Positions 1-7,552 are shown, numbered from the stretch's first letter. The stretch: 10,805 nucleotides of DNA from an uncultured Deferribacteres bacterium (GCA_964014485.1 CAXHAT010000238.1:1-10805); one strand, 5' to 3'. Numbers and translations: made by a program. Notes: a model not told the origin generated them from the letters alone.

Positions 1-2
1 GC

Positions 3-1076
3 GACCGCCTGGTCGTGCGTTCCGGCAAGGACGCGCGCACGGTGATTCGCATTTATGATTTGAACGGCAAACTACAATTCGATTTAGAAGACATGTTGGC
101 GCCGTCCGTCGGCGGTTTTCCGGACGACCGCACGAGCGATGAAGCTTATTTTAGAATTTCTGATCTCGCCAATCCCGGCGTGATTTATCAATTGAACGTC
201 CGCACCGGAAAACGCGGCGTATTTTTTCGTTCGAAACTGGCGTTCGATCCGGAGAAGTTTGTGACAAAGCAGGTTTTCTTCAAAAGCAAGGATGGCACGC
301 GCGTACCGATGTTTTTGTTGCATCGCAAAGATTTGAAGCTGAATGGCGACAATCCGGTTTTTATGTATGCTTACGGCGCCTGGAGTTGGTCGGCGTTTCC
401 GTGGCAAGGCTATCTTTTGCCGTGGGTGGAATTGGGCGGGATTTACGCGCTGCCCAACATTCGCGGGGGCGGCGAGTACGGCGAATCCTGGCACGAAGCC
501 GGGATGCGATTGAACAAGCAGAACGGGATCGATGACTTCATTGCGGCGGCCGAATGGCTGATTGAGAACAAGTACACCTCATCCAAACGGTTGGCGGCCA
601 ACGGCGGAAGCGCCAGCGGCATTGTCCCGGCGGCGGCGATGATTCAACGTCCGGATTTGTTTGGTGCGGCAGTGATCGATTTTCCTGCATTGGACAAGCT
701 CCGCTACACAAGATTCGGCTCGGCCAAAAGCTGGATCCCTGAATTCGGAACGCCGGAAAATGAAGAAGATTTTAAGGCGCTCATTTCTTATTCGCCGTAT
801 CATAACGTCAAAAACGGCGCGTGTTATCCAGCGACGTTCGTGCAGGTCGGCGAAAAGGACAACACGACCACGCCGATGCACGGCTATAAATTCGCGGCGG
901 CCCTGCAAGCGGCGCAAGGCTGTGACAATCCGGTTGTGCTCAAAATTTCCTGGGGCGCGGGGCACTCTTATGGTTTGACTCCTGAACTAAGCCGTGAAAC
1001 GCAAGCTCAGCAGATGGCGTTTTTAATCAAAACTTTTGGCCTGTCTCTACCGGCGAAGTATGTCTCGCAGAAATAA
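3..1076 (+). CDS. Prolyl oligopeptidase family (S9A) serine peptidase, 5'-partial (end of beta-propeller plus catalytic domain)
   Basis: The frame is open from the window start. POP-type motifs are present: SKDGTRVPMF, NIRGGGEYGESWH, DDFIAAAEWL, nucleophile GGSASG (603-620), QRPDLFGA, WIPEFG, YSPYHNV, Asp in EKDN and His in GAGH. Confidence 0.93.
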   Translation, partial: DRLVVRSGKDARTVIRIYDLNGKLQFDLEDMLAPSVGGFPDDRTSDEAYFRISDLANPGVIYQLNVRTGKRGVFFRSKLAFDPEKFVTKQVFFKSKDGTRVPMFLLHRKDLKLNGDNPVFMYAYGAWSWSAFPWQGYLLPWVELGGIYALPNIRGGGEYGESWHEAGMRLNKQNGIDDFIAAAEWLIENKYTSSKRLAANGGSASGIVPAAAMIQRPDLFGAAVIDFPALDKLRYTRFGSAKSWIPEFGTPENEEDFKALISYSPYHNVKNGACYPATFVQVGEKDNTTTPMHGYKFAAALQAAQGCDNPVVLKISWGAGHSYGLTPELSRETQAQQMAFLIKTFGLSLPAKYVSQK

Positions 1077-1091
1077 CCGAAGTAGTGGAAT

Positions 1092-1159
1092 GATGGATTG
1101 TTGGAGTCGCGGAACAGTGGTTTCCAGAACTCATAAATCCAAGAGTCCAACACTCCATC
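1092..1159. repeat. Imperfect 17-bp inverted repeat downstream of the peptidase (hairpin or small REP-like element)
   Basis: GATGGATTGTTGGAGTC (1092-1108) pairs with GAGTCCAACACTCCATC (1143-1159) at 15/17 positions. Confidence 0.6.
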
Positions 1160-1183
1160 TTGTCATTTACCCGGCATTTCTAT

Positions 1184-1220
1184 TTGCTAGTTGTTAATCT
1201 GCACGGTATATTAACAACTA
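1184..1220 (+). promoter_or_regulatory. Sigma70-like promoter (probably leaderless) overlapped by an 11-bp perfect inverted-repeat operator
   Basis: TTGCTA (1184-1189), 17 nt, TATATT (1207-1212), then 7 nt to ATG 1220 with no SD. Inverted repeat TAGTTGTTAAT (1188-1198) / ATTAACAACTA (1210-1220). Confidence 0.7.
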
Positions 1221-2368
1221 TGTTTAAGCGCATTTTAGAAAACAATCTTCCGCAATCCAGTTTTTTTCTTTTCGGCCCTCGTCAGGTCGGGAAAAGCACA
1301 TTGCTCAAAAAGCAACGTCTCGACCTGGCGATTGACTTGCTCGATCCTGAGCTTCAATTGGCTTACAACAAAAATCCTAACCTTCTGCGTCAGCAAATCG
1401 CTGATCTCACTTCTCCAACCGACGTCTTGATCGACGAAATTCAGCGCGTGCCAAGATTGCTTGACGTGATTCATGCAATTATGGAAGAAATCCCCGAAAT
1501 GCGGTTTATACTCTGCGGGTCGTCAGCTCGAAAGCTGCGACACGGCGCTTCCAACTTGCTAGGCGGACGCGCGTTGTATCGCACCATGCATCCGTTGACT
1601 TTAGAAGAATTGGCGGAGAGCTTCGATCTTTCATCGGTGCTTTCCTACGGTTCGCTTCCAAAAATTTACAGTTTTCTCAGGCAATCAAAAGCCGAAGCTC
1701 AGGATTTGTTGCGAGCGTATGTCATCACTTATCTCAAAGAAGAAATCAAGGCCGAAGCGTTGGTTCGTTCTTTACACAGCTTCCAGAATTTTCTGGACGT
1801 CGCAGTTGCTCAATATGCTGAGCAGGTCAATTTTTCGGCTATCGCACGCGATTGTCAAGTCGCGCTTTCGACCGTTCGGGAATATTATTCTATTCTCGAA
1901 GATACGCTGATCGGCTATTTTCTTTTTCCATACTTGCGAAGCGAACGCAAGCGCATGAGTCGTCAACCCAAGTTCTATTTTTTTGATAACGGCGTGACGC
2001 GCGCACTGTTGGGAACGCTCAAGGATCCGCCGACGCCTGTTGAAAGAGGCCGCCTTTTTGAGCAATGGGTCGTGCAGGAAGTTTTCCGTTTCAATGAATA
2101 TCACCAAAAGGATTGGAAGCTTTCTTTCTGGCGGACGAGCCACGGCGCCGAGGTCGATCTCCTCATCGGACGCGGCCTGAAACTGCTGTATGCGATCGAG
2201 TGCAAGTTTAAACCGCAAATCTCGGCGAGTGATCTTTCCGGCCTGAAATCCTTCCACGAAGCCCACCCTGACGTTCCCTGTTTCATCGTCGCTCCGGTCA
2301 AAAAAGCTTTTCGCCTATCATTCGTGCGCGTCATTTCTCCCGAAGAATTTTTTGAGACAGTTGCTTGA
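1220..2368 (+). CDS. AAA_14-type ATPase with DUF4143-like C-terminus (HTH plus PD-(D/E)xK-like nuclease fold)
   Basis: Walker A GPRQVGKS, Walker B LIDEIQ, CGSS, LLGGR, HTH-like VNFSAIARDCQVALSTVREYYSIL, KFYFFDNG, LFEQWV, FWRT..GAEVD...IECK. ATG 1220 (MFKR) is preferred over TTG 1160. Confidence 0.9.
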   Translation: MFKRILENNLPQSSFFLFGPRQVGKSTLLKKQRLDLAIDLLDPELQLAYNKNPNLLRQQIADLTSPTDVLIDEIQRVPRLLDVIHAIMEEIPEMRFILCGSSARKLRHGASNLLGGRALYRTMHPLTLEELAESFDLSSVLSYGSLPKIYSFLRQSKAEAQDLLRAYVITYLKEEIKAEALVRSLHSFQNFLDVAVAQYAEQVNFSAIARDCQVALSTVREYYSILEDTLIGYFLFPYLRSERKRMSRQPKFYFFDNGVTRALLGTLKDPPTPVERGRLFEQWVVQEVFRFNEYHQKDWKLSFWRTSHGAEVDLLIGRGLKLLYAIECKFKPQISASDLSGLKSFHEAHPDVPCFIVAPVKKAFRLSFVRVISPEEFFETVA

Positions 2369-2470
2369 ATGCATCGTCGATGGAATCCTGAATCGACGCG
2401 TTTCAAATCCCATTTATTGATCTCGCTGCTGATCGTTCAGTCCCGGATACGTCGCATACGCCGTCCTTGT

Positions 2471-2809
2471 TCAGTTGGCGCAAAGCGTTTCGATTTTTCC
2501 AGCAAGCTCATCTTTCGAAATCACGCCTTTGATCGAGTCGACGACTCCGCCGTTTTTGAAAAACAGCAGGGTCGGGACAGCGCCGACGCCGAGCTTTTTG
2601 GCAAGCAAGGCATTCTCATCAATATCTACCGCGCCAAAAGCGACTTTACTCTGAAAATCGTGAGCCAGGTCATCGAGAATGGCGGCGACAATATCGGACG
2701 AGCCGCTCCAATTCGCTCGAAAATGAACCACGCCGGGTTTCGGATTTTCGAGTACGTGGTGATCGAAATTCTTGTCCGACAGGATCATTGGGCGCGTTCG
2801 GTTTTTCAT
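2471..2809 (-). CDS. Thioredoxin-fold protein lacking the CxxC motif (WSGSS)
   Basis: Aligns by eye with TrxA: LSDKNF..VL, VVHFRANWSGSS, VDIDEN..LAKKLGV..VPTLLFFKNG. The start overlaps the upstream stop (ATGA, 2806-2809). Confidence 0.85.
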   Translation of the reverse strand: MKNRTRPMILSDKNFDHHVLENPKPGVVHFRANWSGSSDIVAAILDDLAHDFQSKVAFGAVDIDENALLAKKLGVGAVPTLLFFKNGGVVDSIKGVISKDELAGKIETLCAN

Positions 2810-3378
2810 CGTTCGTTCGCAAGAAGATCGGCGAATTGCGCCGAAAATTCTTCTGTCGTGTAGCGCGGCGTGATGTGCTGCGGGCAGTTCCAGTCGTACG
2901 CTTGAACTTGAAAAACGATGATGCGCTCAACGCGAGCTTTATAGTCCGGCATGATCAGTTTTTGCCGCAGTTCCGGATTTTGATCCGCGTCGAGCACTTC
3001 GGTCTCGGCCCAGATTTTCAAGCGCCGCTGCGTTGGATAATCCATTAAAAACAGCGCCGCTTTGCGCGTTGCGTTCAAATTACCTACGCTGATGTATTGC
3101 ATGTTGCCCCGGAAGTCCGCGTATCCCAGAGTCGTGTTGTCGACGACTTTCAGAAATCCCTTCGGCCCGCCGCGAAATTGCACGTACGGCCAACCGTTTT
3201 CGCCAACCGTCGCCATATAAAAACCGTCGCGTGATTCGATAAACGGCATTTCTCGTGCGGTCAGAACGTATTGATCGCCGGAGCTTTCCATGCGTGCATA
3301 CGCTTGGCGTGAGCCATGCTTTTTCTGGACTTTCTTAACGCTGTCCGTGAAAGCGAGCTTGGTGAAGTTTTTATTCAT
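2806..3378 (-). CDS. Pyridoxamine 5'-phosphate oxidase-like FMN-binding protein
   Basis: Motifs FYMATV..GWPYVQFRGGPKGFL, ADFRGN.QYISVGN, LFLMDY...RRLKIW, DWNCPQHITPR. SD GGAGG upstream. Confidence 0.9.
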   Translation of the reverse strand: MNKNFTKLAFTDSVKKVQKKHGSRQAYARMESSGDQYVLTAREMPFIESRDGFYMATVGENGWPYVQFRGGPKGFLKVVDNTTLGYADFRGNMQYISVGNLNATRKAALFLMDYPTQRRLKIWAETEVLDADQNPELRQKLIMPDYKARVERIIVFQVQAYDWNCPQHITPRYTTEEFSAQFADLLANER

Positions 3379-3412
3379 TGTTCCTCCGATTAACGCACGC
3401 TATGTAAAAAAT

Positions 3413-4378
3413 TCAACTGGATACGCTCAATATATTTTCCTGAGATGCCTCTGGTAATCGCCGATGCTCAGGCTCCTCGTCAAGGAACTCGGACACCGCC
3501 TGCACCAGTTCCTGCGGCGTGTCCATGTGGACGTAATGGCCGGATTTTTCGATGATCTCCAGCTTGGCGTTTGGCAATTTTTCCGCAATCTCTAGCGCCA
3601 GCTTGACGCTGATGAAACGATCGTGCTTGCCCCACACTACCAGCACGGGGATTTGCAGCTCGTGCGCGCGCGGCTCAAAGTACTCTTGGCTTGCGCGGAA
3701 GTTTTGGAAGTACGATAGAAACGCCTCCTGGCTGCTTTTACGCATACCGTCGGCCAAAAATTCCTGACGCACCTCAGTTGGAATGGCGTGCCCCCGGTAG
3801 AAGCCTTTGAAGTACGCAATTTGGGCTGAGACGCGCGGGAACCAGCGCACCAGGGCCTTGCCGATGATCGAGCCTTTCCTGGCAAAACTCTTGAGTTCCC
3901 AGGAAGAATATTGTGGTCGCGGAAATGGAATGCCGTCCATCACTGCCAGTCTGGAGACCCGGCTCGGATGCTCCAGGCCAACCAGTAGCGCTGGCAGCAG
4001 AGCAATGTCTGTGGCCACCAGGTTCGCTTGAGAGATATGAAGCGAATCCATGAAATCTACAATCAACTCAGCAAAGCGGCGTGAGGTGTAGTCCTTGGGC
4101 GAGGTCAGCGGATCGCTGCCGCCAAAGCCCGGCCAGTCGAGCGCCAGCACGTGGTACTTCCCGGCCAGCAACGGCGCAACTGCATACCAGCCCTGCAGAT
4201 TCTCGGGCACGCCGTGGAGTAATAACACCGTCGGTTTCGCGGGATCGCCCAGCTCGGCGTAACGAAGATTGAGGCCAGACTTTTTCAGCCGGACGGTTTT
4301 GGCGTCCAGCAGACGATTTGGTTTTGCCATCGTGTCGTGATGTTTGAGATCACGAAATCTTTCTTCGCTCGTATCCAT
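3413..4378 (-). CDS. Alpha/beta-fold hydrolase (epoxide hydrolase/dehalogenase-like) with atypical nucleophile elbow
   Basis: Motifs LLLHGVP, DWPGFGGS, ATDIA elbow, PVLVVWGKHD, SGHYVH. The start is uncertain (TTG 4423, ATG 4390, 4378 or 4330). ATG 4378 has GGAG 6 nt upstream. Confidence 0.85.
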   Translation of the reverse strand: MDTSEERFRDLKHHDTMAKPNRLLDAKTVRLKKSGLNLRYAELGDPAKPTVLLLHGVPENLQGWYAVAPLLAGKYHVLALDWPGFGGSDPLTSPKDYTSRRFAELIVDFMDSLHISQANLVATDIALLPALLVGLEHPSRVSRLAVMDGIPFPRPQYSSWELKSFARKGSIIGKALVRWFPRVSAQIAYFKGFYRGHAIPTEVRQEFLADGMRKSSQEAFLSYFQNFRASQEYFEPRAHELQIPVLVVWGKHDRFISVKLALEIAEKLPNAKLEIIEKSGHYVHMDTPQELVQAVSEFLDEEPEHRRLPEASQENILSVSS

Positions 4379-4442
4379 TTCTTTCTCCATTTTCCTGTCA
4401 TCAAGATCGTTGCTTTTGGGCAAAGATTTAACTTTTCAAGCG

Positions 4443-5468
4443 CTAACGCGACACTTCAGCTTCGGCTAATGACATGACATTCTTCGTTAGAAAATTTCTG
4501 ATATGATCCGCGATGACCTTACCATCTTCTTCCAGTGCAAAATGGCCTGTGTCCAGCAAATGGAACTCGAGGTTTTTCAAATCGTGTTTGTAAGGATGCG
4601 CGCCTTCCGCCGGAAAAATATAGTCGTTCTTGCCCCAAACAATCAGAGTCGGCGGCTGGTGTTTTCTGAAATACGCTTGCCAGCTTGGGTACAGGGGGAC
4701 ATTGGTTTGATAATCGTAAAACAATTGCAGTTGGATCGTCGGATTTCCCGCCCGCGTCAGGTGTCTCAAATCGATGTTCCAGTTATCCGGGCTGATGACG
4801 GATTTATCTCTAACGCCGTGCGTGAACTGCCACTCAACGCCTTCTTTCGTGATGAACCCTTTCAACGGTTCCGCATTTTCCGGCGTTCTGTCCTTCCAAT
4901 ATTTTTTGATCGGAATCCAAAAATCCCGCAAGCCTTCTTTGTAAGCGTTGCCGTTTTGCACGATCAGCGCCTGCACTTTTTCGGGGTGCTTCGCCGCGAT
5001 TCGAAATCCGATTGGCGCGCCGTAGTCCATCAGATAAATCGAGTAGGAATCGATGTTGAGCTTTGCCAGCATCTTTTCGATGAGCAGGCTGTAATTATCA
5101 AAACTGTAGTCGAATTCGTCCATCGCCGGCTGATCGCTGTTGCCGAAACCAGGATAATCCGGCGCGATCAAGTGGAAGCTGTCGGACAAGTCGGCAATGA
5201 GATTTCTGAACATATGCGACGAGGTCGGAAAGCCGTGCAAGAGAAGGATCGTCGGCGCTTCTTTCGCGCCTGCTTCGCGGTAAAAAATGTTCAGCCCGTC
5301 CACGTCGATGGTCTTGTAAAGCGTCGGATGATTTTTGTCGTGAACTTTCGACGGGTTGGCCGAAACGTGCTGCGTTTCATTGGTCAGCATGGACAAGCCA
5401 GCAGCAATAATCAGTGCGCCGACAGCCAGCGTCACCATTCTTTGCAGATTGAATTTCAAACGGTTCAT
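4443..5468 (-). CDS. Alpha/beta-fold hydrolase (Asp nucleophile, epoxide hydrolase/haloalkane dehalogenase-like) with N-terminal signal or anchor
   Basis: Motifs [53 protein letters not shown]. Basic plus hydrophobic N-terminus. SD GAGGAG. Confidence 0.92.
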   Translation of the reverse strand: MNRLKFNLQRMVTLAVGALIIAAGLSMLTNETQHVSANPSKVHDKNHPTLYKTIDVDGLNIFYREAGAKEAPTILLLHGFPTSSHMFRNLIADLSDSFHLIAPDYPGFGNSDQPAMDEFDYSFDNYSLLIEKMLAKLNIDSYSIYLMDYGAPIGFRIAAKHPEKVQALIVQNGNAYKEGLRDFWIPIKKYWKDRTPENAEPLKGFITKEGVEWQFTHGVRDKSVISPDNWNIDLRHLTRAGNPTIQLQLFYDYQTNVPLYPSWQAYFRKHQPPTLIVWGKNDYIFPAEGAHPYKHDLKNLEFHLLDTGHFALEEDGKVIADHIRNFLTKNVMSLAEAEVSR

Positions 5469-5542
5469 GACAGTTCTCCTCAGATAAAAATTTTTCTTTT
5501 CTTGAATGATGCTATATGCCAGTTTCCAAGCATGGTCTTTGT

Positions 5543-5576
5543 GTCATTCCCGCGCAGGCGCACAGGCGGGAATGAC
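5543..5576. repeat. REP/dRS3-like palindrome GTCATTCCCG...CGGGAATGAC, copy 1
   Basis: 10-bp perfect stem. A near-identical copy lies at 10164-10189, and both copies are followed by nTTAACAG. Confidence 0.75.
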
Positions 5577-5588
5577 GTTAACAGCCCA

Positions 5589-5709
5589 GGGGGCTGTCCC
5601 AAAACATGGTCTCTGACCGAAAGACATACCAAATGTAGGGGTTCAAGATTTTGAACATCTACGACATGTTGTGTCGCACTCTAAAATATTATGTTTTGAG
5701 ACAGCCCCC
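5589..5709. mobile_element. 121-bp MITE-like element with 19-bp terminal inverted repeats
   Basis: GGGGGCTGTCCCAAAACAT (5589-5607) / ATGTTTTGAGACAGCCCCC (5691-5709), 18/19 complementary. No coding capacity and no clear TSD. Confidence 0.65.
5635..5662. repeat. GTAG-type REP-like palindrome inside the MITE-like element
   Basis: GTAGGGGTTCAA-GATT-TTGAACATCTAC, a 10/12 stem starting with GTAG and ending with CTAC. Confidence 0.6.
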
Positions 5710-5720
5710 GAATCGTGAGT

Positions 5721-6614
5721 TTAGGCCAAAGCGGCCTGTGCCGGTTCAATTTGTTCGATGTTTGAAGCGGGATTCCAGATTCCGGTTGCGGCGGTCTCTC
5801 GGGCGTATTCAGCAAAATCCCTGGCTTTTCTCCCCAGGACTTTTTCTATGTCGCTCGAAACGCTTGAATTCTCATCGACCAAAACTTCCGTGAAAAGATA
5901 ATTGATCAACCAAATGTAATCTTTCGGAACTTGAAATTCGCCAAGCATTTTTGCGTACTCGGCCATCGTGATCGCGTTGAACTCAATTTCTCTGCCGGCG
6001 GCTTTTGAGATTTCTTCCGTAACTTGCTTGAATGTCAACTGGCGCGGACCGGTCAATTCATAGATTTGGCCGTTGTGCTTGTCATCGAGGAGCGCTTCCG
6101 TCGCCACGTCGGCAATGTCGTCGGCGTCAACGAACGGAATGAGCGTTTCTCCTTTGGGCAGCGCAACATGTCCGGCCAATATGGGATCGAGAAAAAAGCT
6201 TTCGCTGAAATTCTGATTGAACCAGCTCGCTCGAACAATCGTCCAATCCGCGCCGGCGTTCATTACGATTTGCTCGCAAAGTTCTGCTTCTCGTTCGCCC
6301 CGCCCAGAAAGCAAGACCATTTTTTGTATGCCGTTTTCGATCGCGAGAGCCGTCAATTTTTCGATGGCCGTGCGTGCGCCGGGAACGGCCAAATCAGGTT
6401 GAAAAGTGACATAAACCGCGTCAATTCCATTCAAGGCTTCTGACCAGTTTTGGGGGTCTTCCCAATCGAACGGCGGTTCAGCCGTGCGCGAACCGATTCT
6501 TACCGACGCCCCGCGCGCTTCAAGTCTCTCCGCCACGCGACGGCCGGTCTTCCCTGTGCCGCCGAGGACTAAAATGTTACGTGCTTGCCGTGAATTCTCT
6601 TTTGCGTCTTTCAT
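5721..6614 (-). CDS. NmrA-like / atypical SDR NAD(P)H-binding protein
   Basis: Rossmann motif ILVLGGTGKTGRRV, FDW, VLLSGRGE, WTIVRASWFNQNF, FVDADDIADV, YELTGP. SD GAGGAG. Confidence 0.92.
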   Translation of the reverse strand: MKDAKENSRQARNILVLGGTGKTGRRVAERLEARGASVRIGSRTAEPPFDWEDPQNWSEALNGIDAVYVTFQPDLAVPGARTAIEKLTALAIENGIQKMVLLSGRGEREAELCEQIVMNAGADWTIVRASWFNQNFSESFFLDPILAGHVALPKGETLIPFVDADDIADVATEALLDDKHNGQIYELTGPRQLTFKQVTEEISKAAGREIEFNAITMAEYAKMLGEFQVPKDYIWLINYLFTEVLVDENSSVSSDIEKVLGRKARDFAEYARETAATGIWNPASNIEQIEPAQAALA

Positions 6615-6661
6615 GATATTCTCCTCAGAAATTATGCTTGATTCATTGCAATCTTGAAAGT

Positions 6662-6695
6662 TTTGGGCTGCCTGCTCTGCTTAAAACAGCCCAAA
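6662..6695 (-). other. Intercistronic hairpin just after the cysteine hydrolase stop (mRNA stability or attenuation candidate)
   Basis: TTTGGGCTG (6662-6670) / CAGCCCAAA (6687-6695), a 9-bp perfect stem with a 16-nt loop and no strong U-tract. Confidence 0.45.
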
Positions 6696-6709
6696 CAATT
6701 CGCGTCTCA

Positions 6710-7462
6710 TTAATTCGTCGCCATGGCTTGTTCGATTTCTTTCACGGCTTCCTTCGTCGTCCAAACCGTGTTCGCGATGAAGCGAAAATTCACCAACGCC
6801 GCTTGATATCCGTCGCCGTCCGGGACGACCGCCGCCGCTGTTGCATCCTTGACCACGGCCACTTCAAAGCCTTGCTCTAACAGCTCGCGTAAATGCGATT
6901 CGGTACACAGATTCGCCGACATGCCGGCGAGAATGACTTTATCGATTCCACGTTTGCGCAGTTGCAAAACGAGATCGTTGGCTTCGGGGCCGTAGACCTT
7001 GTGCGGGCTGGTCACAACGGTTTCGCCGTCCTGAATGTAGGGCTTGTAAATTTCCAGGAAGTCCGCACCGGAGCCTTCGAAGCCGTCCAAACTCAGGGCG
7101 TCCTTGCGGTCGAACATACCGATTTTGTGCATCAACGCTTCAAGCGCGCCTTCGAATTTCCAGCCTTTGTCCGTCGGATAATAGTAATGAGGCGAAACGA
7201 AAACTGGAAGGTTGCGCTTTTTAGCAATTTTCAAAAGCGCTTCGATATTGGCGACAGTATTGTTCTCGGTGACGCTCTTGCCGACCACGCCCCAGGTCAC
7301 GCCGTCAGGACTCAGGAAATCGTTCTGCGGATCGGTGATCACAATGGCCGTGCGCTCAGGGTCGATTTTCATGCCGGGATTGGGGAGCTGCGCCTGTGCA
7401 GTTGTCGCGAAACTTAAAGCCGCCGCAAGAATTGTCATCAAAAATTGTTTTCTCGTTTTCAT
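6710..7462 (-). CDS. Isochorismatase-family cysteine hydrolase with predicted Sec signal peptide
   Basis: Triad motifs ITDPQNDF (Asp), PHKVY (Lys), AGMSANLCTE (Cys), plus GFEVAVVKDAT. N-terminus MKTRK-hydrophobic-AQA|Q. Confidence 0.92.
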   Translation of the reverse strand: MKTRKQFLMTILAAALSFATTAQAQLPNPGMKIDPERTAIVITDPQNDFLSPDGVTWGVVGKSVTENNTVANIEALLKIAKKRNLPVFVSPHYYYPTDKGWKFEGALEALMHKIGMFDRKDALSLDGFEGSGADFLEIYKPYIQDGETVVTSPHKVYGPEANDLVLQLRKRGIDKVILAGMSANLCTESHLRELLEQGFEVAVVKDATAAAVVPDGDGYQAALVNFRFIANTVWTTKEAVKEIEQAMATN

Positions 7463-7534
7463 TTTGCTCTTCCTTTCTTCAAAGTTATTGAGATTGGGCT
7501 TGACTGATTTGTGATGATCATCGCTCCGTCCTTA

Positions 7535-7552
7535 GGCAAGGCGTGGGCCAAA
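7535..7552 (-). promoter_or_regulatory. Sigma54 (-24/-12) promoter for the hydrolase cluster
   Basis: The minus strand reads TTTGGCCCACGCCTTGCC, i.e. TGGC-N7-TTGC with exact GG-N10-GC spacing. It lies about 75 bp upstream of ATG 7462 and next to a sigma54 activator gene. Confidence 0.8.

Noticed and set aside
1160..1219. N-terminal extension of the ATPase from TTG 1160
   Set aside because: It overlaps the predicted promoter and operator. ATG 1220 gives a family-typical start shortly before Walker A.
2375..2397. Hairpin CGTCGAT/ATCGACG between the convergent genes as a terminator
   Set aside because: The 7-bp stem is short and has no convincing U-tract on either strand.
2696..2710. Selenocysteine or recoding explanation for the missing thioredoxin cysteines
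   Set aside because: The codons are ordinary Ser codons (AGC, TCC) and there is no in-frame TGA.
5505..5522. Possible second sigma54 promoter (minus strand TGGCATATAGCATCA) upstream of the hydrolase
   Set aside because: The -24 TGGCA is good, but the -12 position reads CA rather than GC at GG-N10 spacing.
4503..5654. 383-aa + strand ORF
   Set aside because: It is the antisense shadow of a well-supported hydrolase gene, has no recognisable motifs, and runs into repeat elements.
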